Assembly: GCA_965153285.1 (NCBI GenBank)
Contig: OZ229112.1
From: Podarcis tiliguerta
Lineage: Eukaryota
Direction: 5' to 3' (one strand)
Length of the DNA: 64,000 bases
In this document: piece by piece, positions 24,401 to 35,422 of the stretch
How positions within the stretch are numbered: the first letter of the stretch is position 1
How the letters are laid out: every line of letters begins with the position of its first letter
The notes under the pieces: model-generated
What the model was told of the DNA's origin: nothing
The model's database searches: none
What the model saw: only the letters and a program-made list of their open reading frames with translations
Position numbers and translations under genes: made by a program

Positions 24401-27400
24401 GTTCAGTTTTGAAAACCTTTTGTTTGATTGAAATCATTAGTTTTTACATCTACTTCTTTGAATTTTTCTGACAGTTTTGTCTTCAGTGGATTCTGAGGAA
24501 GCCGTGAGAGTAGATGTGGAACTGAAACAGCTTCTTTTCTAAAAATGAACCCCAGTTGAAAAACAAAATGAAATTAGTAAATTTCTTGTCACCTCATGAC
24601 AATTTAGCTGCTATTTTAAACTCACATGTTCCTGCAGGTACAGAAACAGTGTGAAGATCTATATTATAATTTGCTTTCGCTGCCCAAACATCCTGTTTTC
24701 CTAATCCATTTTTAGGGGTGAAATTTCTTCTGCAGATCCCCAACAGCAGGTTTCTATTTAGAATAGGGTTATATACACAGACATGTACATGAAAAAGGGT
24801 ATATTTAGGAAAGATAATTGCATGAATGACAGAAGTTGTAAAACACTTTCACACTGAACAATGAAACTTCCCCGTTGCTTTTACTTCTAGAGCCACTTCT
24901 AGAAGTAGAAGCAACAGGGAAATTTCATTGTTCACTGTGAAAGTGTTAAAGCTATATCAACACTAGAATAAGGAAGACCCAAATTGGACCCACAAGAAAA
25001 TGTTGCCACATAGAGTGCTGCTGATCAGGGTTCTCTCAGTTATTCCATTCCATTCCTCTTTGCACCCCCACCAGTGTCCTGTGCTTTTGCCCCCAACACT
25101 TGCCCAATATTCCATGTTGACAGAGCTTACTCAGTTTTCCTTGGGCTGGTTATTTCTTTATGTCTCTCCTTAGAGTTTTTGAAAATATTTTTTGTGCATC
25201 TGCAAATCTTGGGTTTTCCCTGAACCAAAATATAGCCCGCTCTTAATGTTTGGGCGGTCATTTTGGCTACAGAAGGATTCATTATTAGTTTGCTGTTAGT
25301 ATGTAGAATATGGAAGTATAACAGCAGAGATCATTCAGTGTGTAATTTAAGGGTTAATTATGTTGTAGGTAAGCCATCTAGACAAGAGGGGGTAAGTTGC
25401 GACCAGGGAGGGTGGCATGATCTTCACTGGGATAGTAGCTGCTTTGGTAAGCTGTCTAGCTGTGAGTGAATTTTCTTGTGGGTGTTTCATTGAATCTAAG
25501 ATGCTGTCAACAAGGCCTGTCAAAAGGCAAAACTCTTTCTTTCTGCTGGGCAGGGCTGTCTTACCCATAGGCGCTAGGGTTGCGAGGCACCCAGGTGCCA
25601 GGCCCTCAGGGGCACCAGGCTGAGAGTCTGGGGCTCGAGAGTTGAGTCCGGGAAGAGCCCGACCGTCGGTCGGAGTGCTGCAATGAGCTCTTCTGGGAGC
25701 CAGAGAGCAAGCGAGCAAGTGGGTGGGCAAGCAGACAGACACGCGCCCAGCGAGAAGGAGGAGGACAAGAGGCGGCAGCAACAGCAGCGAGCAGAAAAGG
25801 CGGCAAGCGGCCTCCTCAGCACGCCTTTCCCGCCTCGGCTTTAGTGCCGTCCCTTCGCTCCTGACGGCAGCTCCCTGAGAGAGAGAAAGAGAGTGAGCGG
25901 CTTCGCCTCTTTTTGCCAACCAGGTGTCTGACAACTCTGGGGAACCTTTCCTTTAAAAAGGTCAGCAACTTTGGGGTTCCCCCCAAAAAAGGTTAACAAC
26001 TCTGGGCAACTTGGGGGGGCGCCGGGCGGATCTTTGCACCCCTGCGCCGCATATGCTTAAGACAGCCCTGTGCTGGAGTTTGGTTTGTTCAATAAACTTT
26101 GGCCAGTATTTTATTGCTGGGCACAGTGCTCAGTGTCTCTGCTAACAGGGTACTGTTAAAGTGATTTTAACTCTGTCGTGGTGATAGGAACAATGCAAAT
26201 TACCGTATTTTCCCCACTATAGGACGCACTGGACTATAGGACGCACCTTGTTTTAGAGGGGGGAGAACAAGGGGGAAAAATTCTCCCCCTCTCTGCCCAG
26301 TGTCCCTTCAGCGAAGCAGCAGGAGGTGCTGCACAGAGAGGGGGAGAATTTCCCCCGTCTTGTTTTCCCCCTCTAAAACAAGGTGCCTTCAGGCGGCTAC
26401 CTCGGAACCTCTCCAGGCTTCAGGTTCCTTTCGACCTGCTCTTTGGGGCTGGCGGGGGGAAGCCCACCACCAGCCCCAAAGAGCAGGTTGGGGAGCAGCG
26501 GAAAGGCGTGCAGCGAAGAGGCTGCTGCCATAGCCGCACGTCACCTCTCCAGCTGGGAGAGGGTCGCGGGGGGCTTCTTTAGCCCCATGCGCGCTGTCCT
26601 GGCTGGAGAGGTGGCGTGCAGCTAAAGAGGCTCCTGCCATAGCCGCCCATCACCTCTCCAGCCAGGAGAGGGTCGCGGGGCTATGGCTTCTTCGCTCCAT
26701 AGGACGCAGACACATTTCCCCTTCATTTTTGAAGGGGAAAAAATGTGTCCTATAGAGCGAAAAATACGGTATAACTTTTTTTCAACTGATAGCTTGATCC
26801 TATGAACCGCCCCCCGCCCCCCCTTTTTAAGGGCTTATAATAGCTTGAGCTGGTATAGGTCTGTGTCTTGATGGACAATTTTTTTCAGTTGAATCCAGTT
26901 TCCCATTATAGATCTTATTCTCCTGCAGTATTAGAAAATTAGATATATATGCTAGGTTCCCAAATGGTTCCTTAAACCAAGGTTGCTGTCGTCAAAATGG
27001 AATGCCTAGTTTCCATTTTGGGGCAAGACAGCTCCAGTCTTAGTTTTCAAATGATGGACTGTCCATGATTGATTCTGAGTTAAACTTCTGACTACCTTGA
27101 GCTAGGTTAAGAGCTTTGAGAACTGGAAGAAGACAAGTCACTTGATCCAGGGATAGTCCACATACATATACAGTGATGCCTCGCAAGACGAAAAGAATCC
27201 GTTCCGTGAGTCTTTTCGTCTTGCGGTTTTTTCGTCTTGCGAAGCAAGCCCATTGACGGAGTAGCACTATTAGCGCTATTGACATTTTAAGGGCTAAAAA
27301 CGGCTTTTTAAGGCTTAAGGGATTAGCAGTTTTGCTGCTAAAATGCTTTTAGCAGCTTAGCGATTCAGAAAAAGGGGTTTTGGAGCGAAAAAACACCCGA

Positions 27401-30400
27401 AAATTTTCGTCAATTTTCGTCTTGCGAAGCAAGCCCATAGGGAAATTCGTCTTGCGAAGCGCCTCTGCAAACGGAAAACCCTTTCGTCTTGCGGGTTTTC
27501 CATCTTGCGAGGCATTCGTCTTGCGGGGCACCACTGTATATTGACCTAAATTTACCTCTTTTTCTTAATGGTGACTGTTCCTGCTCAGGCTGCACAGAAA
27601 AAGCAATTTGGTTCCAGAAATTCATTCCGATTGTGCAGATAAAATGTAACTGATAAAATTTTACAGGGTATTAGTGGGATATTAGTGTGTGAAAACAGTC
27701 CAGATCCAATGATCCCCAGATGGTGATGTCGGGTGCCATCCTGGTGCCCAGGCATCTTCACTTGGTTGCAAGTGGTCAAAAGCCAGGGGCAAAATGCGCC
27801 TGGTGCCTGGCTAATTTTGAACACTGCTTTGAACTGATAAGGAAGTTGTCTTCCATATTTTGATATTTTGCTTCAAACTGTTTTTGACATGTTAGGTGCA
27901 TGAAGATCTCTTCACAATTATTGTTGGGAAAGCGTTCAGCAGGCTGAGTGTGATGAACACATGTATTTAGGTTCAATGCTTTCAGCAATCCTCATTTAAA
28001 AACATGCATGGAAGTTATTTTCAGTAGTAATTCTGAGGGGGTTTTTTGTTTTGTTTTTTTGCTAAAGTAACATGCAGAAAACAGTATGTGAAGGAAATTA
28101 TTTGAGGAGTGGAGGGTGAGAAACTTTGCTGAATTTTGAACTACAATATTGTTGCTGAAGAAAGGGGGAATTCTACTACTGTAAAACATACCAAAATGTT
28201 CTGTTGCTTACTTTCCCCCTAGATAGCCAGCAAGACATTTGTGTTCTTTTTTTTTTTATGAGACCATGTAAAAAAGCTAAACACAACCCTAAATGTGTGT
28301 TGTTCAAATCCACCATAAAATAATTGAAGTATGCAGGCCTTTTGTGTAAGATAAATAGACAAACTGGAACCTGAGTGCTCTCAAGTTTGGGCTTCTGTTC
28401 CTTCTGTTCCTGTTGCATGTCTCCTATGCTCATAAATAACAAGACTTCTCAAATGAATTATTTCGCTCACTGCAGCATAGTTTGGACTGTCATGGGGTGA
28501 AGTTATTGCTGAGTATATAAAATCTTCAGAACCAGCCATCTTGGGTTCAAGGCAAGAAGTATTGAGTTGTCATACAAAGGGCACTTTATGCCAGCTGGAG
28601 TTCAGGGGGGGTTATTCCAAGTTGCTGATTTTGTTCTGTACCTCTCTTATTAGGGATGACTTGGCTGATGGTCCAATATTTAGCAGTGGCCTTCCACGCC
28701 CTCAAAGCATTGAGCGGTATTCCTTGAGCAAGGAAACTCCTCCTTCACCTTTCAATACAGGACAAGATGAGGATTATCGCTTTAGAGACGATTTCCTCCA
28801 TCAATCAGACTATAGCACCAGCTATAACCATCTACAATATCTCCCAAAGGAAACGGAAAGGTATAGAATGCTACTTGGGAAGCCATCAGAGGATACAGGG
28901 CAAGACCTAGAACTTCCTAAACATGACAGAGATGACAGACTGCTTAAGATAGACATAGAGCCTGAGGATTTCTTGTCTGGGACGTGGAGCTTCTGCAAAC
29001 AAGATCCTAGTAAGAGCCCAAGCCTGCCATTTCACGATGTGGATTTACGTGTACTTGAATATCCTGGGGGGAAAAGCAAAGAGGAGGAGCTGAGCAGAAA
29101 TTGCAGTCAAGACCCTGAACATAAATATATTTATAGACCTAATGAAATAACAGCAATGCCCAAAAAATCTATTCTGAAGAAACACAGGGATGATCCTTCG
29201 GTGCAGGTTTGGCATGTATTTCTCTCTCTGGTTAAACTGTCCTTTACACTTTTTACTGCTCTTTTATTGAATCTTAAATTTTATTATTAAACTTAATCTC
29301 TGTTAATTCTGGAACAAATACCCTCAGAATAATATCCAGGCTTCCCTCACAGTTGTGGAGTTTGTTTGGTATAACTTGTAGAATAATCAGCATACTGGAT
29401 CCCATTTTTCTTGGAATGAGGACATTTTACTAGTTTTGGTATTTAGAGCATCCCACTTCATGAGCAATTCTACCTTTCAAAAGTTTTCATTCAGCTTATT
29501 CATATAGCTTTAAAATTCACACACAATCAAAATCCTTACTTATTAAAAAAAACCCTAAGCTTTCCAGAAACAGATTTCCAGGCAGTATACATAGGAATTT
29601 AAATATAGGCGATTCCCTGTTAGTGTGGGGGTTGCTTTCCAGGTCATTGTACATGTTAGCAATTGTGCGTAAGCCCATTTTGCTCCCTTCCAAAGCTGAA
29701 AGCAGCGCATGTCTTGGTGGTCACATGTCAGGTAGACAGGTGCAAGGTGATCGCCACCTGTACTACAATCTAAAACAACCGAGAATACAATAAAGTTGAG
29801 AATGGCAGAACTATTCAGCTAGATAATATAACAATTTGCAGTGGCTGGGTTACAGAAACATTTTTACCTGGTTCGAGCACCAGATTCACTATCCTTGGCA
29901 GTGCATTCTGTAGCTGTGATGCTATCACACAGAAGAGCCTCCCACTTGTATATGTGTAATGTTTTTCTCCTATAGATAGAACCTGCGGCAAGGTGCCAGA
30001 AATGTTTTAACACCTTGACATCTGAAGGCAGCCCTGTATAGGAAAGCTTTTTAAGGTTTAATTTTTTACTATGTTTCTATATATATGCTGGAAGATGCCC
30101 AGAGTGGCTGAGATACAAATAATAAATTATTATTGTTATTGTTGTTATTATTAATCTGGACATGATGGGGTTTTTTACCTCTACAGCAGAAAAATCAGAA
30201 TAGTCAAGACCACCAAATTAAGGTGGTTTTTGGAATGGTACATCTGGGATTTGTTTTGAACCATTTAATGGCACTTGCAATGGGTTGAATGCAAACAAAA
30301 TAAGGGTACTATTATTCACATCTGTGTGTAGGCTGAAATTGAAGGGTTGGCAATTTATGCAGTACATTTACCATGTTGTGCATTTTTTTAACCTGCTTGA

Positions 30401-33400
30401 ACCTAATACAAGAATCTTAATACTAGAATTACCTAGTTGGATTGGACTGCAAACATTCTCTCAAACTGGTATGGAATGCTCTGAACAGGTGACATTTCAT
30501 ACTATCATGACTGGATTGTTTTTCTGTTGTGTAGCTGTGGAGAGAGAGCACCTTGGCAGGTGGTTCCAATACTAAATACTGTAAATAAATAATGTTTTTC
30601 AAAACCGTGCCAACTATGATGTGGCAAGTACCTTTTTGGCATCCTGCTCTCTCTATCTCAGGGTTTCATCATATGAAAAAATCAGTTCGTTTCTGATAAT
30701 AGTAACAATATGCCCGTGGGAATTATCTTTTTGTAGCTGCACATAATGCTTGCTTGTGAATGTTTTGGTGCAAAAAACACTTTGGGTTTGGTGCAAAAAA
30801 CACTTTGGGTTTGGTGAAAAATGTTGATTTCAAATCTCCAAAGGTATTGTTTTACATATGTTTGTCCCTGTCCACAGCCACTGTGCTGCTCCTCAGTTAC
30901 TCATTTGACATGGTTTTTCTTCTCCTCTTTTATTGCTGTGTAATCTCAGCAAATCAGGCATTGCAGAATGATTCTCAGGGTACTGCATATCCCCTCAGCT
31001 TTGTCTAAATGACAGTGTTATTCAGGGCAAACAAAGCCCTCTCATTGCCCTCACTGTGAATGAGGGTAGCTTGAGTAGGGGCAAGAATTGCACAGCTATT
31101 ACCAAGGTATCAAGCTGACAAATCTTACCTCGCTGTACTGGCAGTTTTATAGCTCATTAGATCAGTGTTGCAAGCCAGGGTTGGCCTTTAGTGGGGGATA
31201 ATTGGTCACTTTCTCTTCCAGTGCCCTATTAAAGACGATCAGGCAGGAGTGTTGATTGTCGGCAGTGAAAGTGACATGACAAAAGTGTATAAAATTATGC
31301 ACAGCATGGAGAAAGGAGCTAGAGAAAAGTTTTCTCTTTCTCATAATACTAGAACTTATGGACATCCAAGGAAGCTGAATGTTGGAAGATTCAAGACAGA
31401 CAAAAGGAAGTACTTCTTCACACTGCACGTAGTTTAACTGTGGAATTCCTGCCCACAAGAGGCAGTAATAGCCGCTAACTTGGGTGGCTTTAAAAGAGGA
31501 TTGGCAAATTCACAGAGGTTATGGCTATCAGTGGCTGCTAACCCTGATGGATATGCTCTGCCTTCACTGTTGTGTTGAAGGTGGTATGCTTCAGAATACC
31601 AGTTGCTGGAAACTGCAGGTGGGCAGAGGGCTGTTGCTCTCAGCTCTTGCTTGTGGGCTTCCCTTGGGCTTCTAGTTGGCCACTATGAGAACAGGATTCT
31701 GGGCTAGGTGGGCCACTGGTTGGATCCAGCAGACTGTTCTCACATTCTTAAAGTATGGCCCATCCCTAATCAAAATGGCCATCTTATGCAGATGTAACAG
31801 TGTGGTATTTAGGAACTATTTTGTCTCTTTCAATTCCATTTCTATCTTTGTCTTACAGTTTTCGTTAGTGTTATGAACTACTGACTATAAACCCTTTATA
31901 TTAAAGTTATGTCTGTCTTAATAGATTGGGAAAGTGATTAGCCTCCTTGCAAAATGTAGTAACAAATGGCAATTTCTTTCTTTTTAGCCTGAAGTCTTTT
32001 CTAGCAGTTCTGCCTCTCTCAAAGAGCCCCCTCTTCTTTCAGATGATCCTCCTTTTCCCCAGAGAACCAACAGCATTGCTCCTTTTTCAACTGAGGAGGT
32101 GAAATTCCTCAAACAGTTCAATAAAAATGCAGATGTAGAACCTGCAAATACAACATCTGAAGACAATGTGCATAATTGGAAGCTGCATTCTGGCCAAAAA
32201 CAAAACATTTCCCATTATAAACAGAATTTTGGGAGCTTTTTGAATCAGAGAGAGTGTCATGAGTCCACATCAGAGCATGAAGACCAGCACAGTTACTTCT
32301 TGCTTCCCCATGAAAGAGCCAGCCAGGAAGGGAATGGCTTTTCACACATTCTGAGTATGAAAACAGATTCTACCAGCACTCAAGAAAAGAGAAGGAACAG
32401 CCTACTTGATGATGTTGAGGCTGAAGAGAAGTTTCTTTATGGTGATAATGGGGATGACTCAATTTTTATTCAAAGGATAACATTGAGTGGTGATAAAGAA
32501 CATGGATGGAAGAAAATAAGCTCTCCTCCTGCTAGTCTATCTGTAAAATCAGACACTTTAGAAGAATCCAAACCAGAGCATGAGAAAATTTATGACTTGC
32601 TCAAAACTATTGGTCTTGACATTGGGGTGGCTGAAATTGGTAAGCTTGCTGCCCGCACTCAGGAACGCCTCCATGGGAAGAAAGCATCTCGTTCTCCTGA
32701 TCGTCGTTCAGTGGCTTCTCATAAACCTAGGAAAGACTCTAGGGAGTCTAAGGAAAGGCACCGCAGTCAAAGTGACACTCATTCTCCAGAGCCAAGGTGG
32801 AACCACTCTCCCTCTCCTGATTATTTCCCACCATCTAAAGAGATGTCTCCTGCTTCACATTCTAAGCACACTGAAAGCAAAACGGCACGGCAAGATTATC
32901 ATTTCCCACAAGAGCAAGCTGTTGCCATAGCATCTCCAATTCCATCTGCCCCACCTTGTCTTCCTCAAATGTTTCCTGCTCCCATGTATCCCCAGTATAG
33001 TGTTCCATTCTATTTACCATTTGGTGCAACTCCCCTGCCACAAAACTATCCACCTCCTACAATGCCTCCTCCTGGCTATAATCCATATGGACAGTATTTC
33101 ACTTATGCAGCTTCAGGCTGGGCCACGTATCCTCCCCAGCAGGCTCCTCCCCAGCAGGCTGATCCTGAATTTCCAAATGCACCTGAGTATGGTACTCCAA
33201 CAATGCCACCAAATCATTCAGTTTCCAACGTCAGAGTTATTCAGACAATTTCCACAACACGAAGGACTTGTGATATCAAAAGAAAGACATCTATGATTGT
33301 TCAAACCCCTTTCTCTGCTCCTAATTCCAAATTGCTCCCTCAGCCTACCCACAAAGGCGCTAAGGAAAAAATACCTGATGATAGAAATCGAGCTGCTCAG

Positions 33401-35273
33401 AAACAAAAGGTGAGAATGTTTATCTTACAAGCAGATGTATCTTCCTCCTCCCCCCTTCTACCACATTTCCTTTTCCACATAGTAGCAATGTAGCTGCTGC
33501 TATTGAGAAGTGGATAGTATCCTTATAGACTTACTTCTGAATGCCTTATACTGTAGTTTAAAAATATATACAGTGGTACCTCGGGTTACAGACACTTCAG
33601 GTTACAGACTCCGCTAACCCAGAAATAATACCTCGGGTTAAGAACTTTGCTTCAGGATGAGAACAGAAATTGTGTGGCAGCGGGAGGCCCCATTAGCTAA
33701 AGTGGTACCTCAGGTTAAGAGCAGTTTCAGGTTAAGAACGGACCTCCGGAACGAATTAAGTTCTTAACCCAAGGTACCACTGTAATACTTTTTCTACTGC
33801 ACATATTTTCCTAACACATAATGAAATATGAAACCAAGTGCAGAATTGATTCCTTATTTAAGATTACATTCTTGGATTTAAGGTCTGCCGTTTTACAGAA
33901 GTTCAAAGCACATACAATTTTATTTTAACTTTTTTCTGCACTTTTTATTTGACATTGGATTACGTATAGTTTTTTTGAACAGGATGTACCTCTAATGTCT
34001 TGAGCTATCTAATGGCTGTTTTTATGGTACTGTGGCAAGACACACCTTGTTAATTGTTGTTGTTGTTTATTACCTGCCCTTCACCCTAAGGTCTTAAACA
34101 GTCTCTCTTTAAGGATACAATCTACATGCAGTTCCTGCTATTGGAACACTTGGTAACTGAAATCTCGGCCAAACACGAAGAATTATACCCAAACCTCACT
34201 ACACAAGCAGCAAATTCAGATACCCAAGCAGATGGAGTTTGCCTACTTCATGTTTTGCTGGTCAGCAGCAGCCCTTTTGGGAAGAAACCAGGGAGGGAGG
34301 GGGAGAGATCAAACAAATTACGAAATAGAAGTGTTCCCATAGGAAATAATGGAAATCATAAGCTCATTATGTGAACATACGCCTAACAAATGATTTCCTG
34401 GGAACGCATTTTGTTCAGAAAGCAGGACCTGCATGCTTTTAAGCTTTAGTAAGTTTTAGTATGTTTCATGTTTAGTGGCATTTAATATGTTAGGAGCTGG
34501 GTGCAATGAATCACAGGCTGAGTTAGCAAGCATAAGATGAAAATATTTACTTTCAATGATTGTTGTAGTTTTAGTTGGGTTGTAATCCATGAAAGGGGGA
34601 TTTTTAATACCTTCCTTCCCTTCACAAACCTTTCTAGGTATTGGAGGAAAGAGGGAAATTGAAGGCTGAACAAGAAACACGACAGAAGAAACTGCATTAT
34701 CTGACAGTTGAGTTAAACAGACTTACAAAACAGGAAGGTACTGCACTCATTTTATTCTTCCTTTTCCCCTACTATCCTCTAAAGTGGTGATGCTGGACAT
34801 TGCATAATTTGTTTTTATCTCAGGGTATTATCCTAAACAGGGAATTAATTAGGGTGCAACCCAAATCATTGCAAGTAACGTGTCAGTTCTTCATACAGTA
34901 ATGCAAACCCTGCTTCTGTCTTTTGGGTATACCAAAATGGTACCTTATAATTGATTACCCAAAATAATTTTGCATGTATTAATGATTTTCTTATGCTTTC
35001 CACTCTACCACTTTGACTGGCTTAGGGGAGATGATGCGCAAGATGCGTAAGGCAAAAGATCCCTTGCTGGTGGAAGTGAACCAACTACGAGAGAAGATAG
35101 CAAAGGAAGTTGCTCAGCTGCAGATGCATTCTGATGCGGCAGAGAAAAAGCAATCTGAGCTTGATAAGGTAGCTCTGATCTTGGGGATTAACATTTTTGA
35201 GAAACCCCGGAAGCAGTCTTCTGAAAATAAAGACTCATCAGAAAAAGACAAGTCAGAAAATGGAAAAAAATGA
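21174..35273 (+). CDS. ZNF318: ZNF318-like protein, C-terminally truncated (903 aa, no zinc fingers); exons 21174-21389, 23922-24094, 28654-29206, 31988-33409, 34638-34737, 35026-35273
   Basis: Six exons splice in frame (216+173+553+1422+100+248 = 2712 nt). ZNF318 hallmark motifs: MPKKSILKK, FLLPHERASQ, EEKFLYGD, DLLKTIGLDIGVAEIGKLAARTQERLHGKK, NRAAQKQK, KDPLLVEV, AEKKQSELDKVALILGINIF. TGA at 35271-35273. Ortholog versus paralog status is inferred, not shown. Confidence 0.88.
21479..21695 (+). mobile_element. tRNA-derived SINE (Squam3-like)
   Basis: gagagccagtgtggtgcagtggttaagagcggtagactctaatctgg...gggttcg...gggtgaccttgggccagtcac. Confidence 0.8.
21757..21967. mobile_element. Tc1/mariner (Tigger-like) MITE
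   Basis: TA|CAGTGGTATCTCGGGTTA ... TAACCCGAGGTACCACTG|TA; sister copy at 33571-33782. Confidence 0.85.
22534..22891. mobile_element. Tc1/mariner MITE (CGTCTTGCG family)
   Basis: TA|CAGTGGTGCCCTGCAAGACG ... CGTCTTGCGAGGCACCACTG|TA. Confidence 0.88.
23922..24094 (+). CDS. ZNF318: ZNF318-like exon 2, largely a 21-bp tandem repeat encoding KRSHSPG
   Basis: ttgtag|AGACGCTCTCCAGGC (RRSPG, as at start of ZNF318 exon 2)...AACAG|gtaagg; phase 0 to 2 bridges exons 1 and 3. Confidence 0.82.
24842..24947. repeat. Inverted repeat (50-bp arms, 6-nt loop)
   Basis: 24842-24891 is the reverse complement of 24898-24947 at 46 of 50 positions. Confidence 0.92.
25551..26070. mobile_element. hAT-like MITE
   Basis: 13-bp TIR CAGGGCTGTCTTA/TAAGACAGCCCTG; imperfect flanking duplication tgctgg; GC-rich interior. 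Confidence 0.75.
26203..26769. mobile_element. Tc1/mariner (Tc2/pogo-like) MITE
   Basis: TA|CCGTATTTT ... AAAAATACGG|TA, subterminal tataggacgca; related copy at 48100-48473. Confidence 0.82.
27171..27536. mobile_element. Tc1/mariner MITE (CGTCTTGCG family), inverted relative to 22534-22891
   Basis: TA|CAGTGATGCCTCGCAAGACG ... CGTCTTGCGGGGCACCACTG|TA. Confidence 0.88.
28654..29206 (+). CDS. ZNF318: ZNF318-like exon 3
   Basis: tattag|GGATGACTTG (RDDLADGPIF)...MPKKSILKK...GTGCAG|gtttgg. Confidence 0.9.
31265..31750 (+). mobile_element. CR1 LINE 3' fragment
   Basis: DMTKVYKIMHSMEK...KLNVGRFKTDKRKYFFT, CR1 ORF2 C-terminus, followed by 3' UTR similar to 2720-2960. Confidence 0.8.
31988..33409 (+). 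CDS. ZNF318: ZNF318-like exon 4
   Basis: ttttag|CCTGAAGTC...CAAAAG|gtgaga; 474 codons without stop. Confidence 0.92.
33571..33782. mobile_element. Tc1/mariner (Tigger-like) MITE
   Basis: TA|CAGTGGTACCTCGGGTTA ... TAACCCAAGGTACCACTG|TA. Confidence 0.87.
34128..34430. mobile_element. Old DNA-transposon-like repeat; inverted related copy at 38615-39014
   Basis: Shared blocks ctattggaacacttg, gttcccataggaa.taatggaaatca, aaagcaggacctg in opposite orientation. Confidence 0.6.
34638..34737 (+). CDS. ZNF318: ZNF318-like exon 5 (coiled coil)
   Basis: ttctag|GTATTGGAG...GGAAG|gtactg; VLEERGKLKAEQETRQKKLHYLTVELNRLTKQE. Confidence 0.9.
35026..35273 (+). CDS. ZNF318: ZNF318-like exon 6 (coiled coil, ends in TGA)
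   Basis: gcttag|GGGAGATG; GEMMRKMRKAKDPLLVEV...ENGKK*. Confidence 0.88.
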
Positions 35274-35416
35274 GGAGATAACTTGCAACTCAATCCAGGT
35301 AAAATAACAGGTGCACTCACCAAGGGAGTTCAGATAATAATTACTTAATTAGTCTGGATATAAATTAGCCTTTTGCCCATGCATGTATCCCCTTCGCTTC
35401 TCCCTTTGTACAAGCC

Positions 35417-35422
35417 AATAAA
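35417..35422 (+). terminator. Candidate polyadenylation signal for the truncated ZNF318-like transcript
   Basis: AATAAA about 145 nt after the stop codon, with TGTA immediately upstream (35407-35410). Confidence 0.45.

Noticed and set aside
25347-26640. GC-rich ORFs or a second CpG island
   Set aside because: Lie within TIR-bounded MITEs (25551-26070, 26203-26769).
30760-30815. Short tandem duplications (23 bp here; 15 bp near 14560)
   Set aside because: Ordinary slippage products with no evident function.
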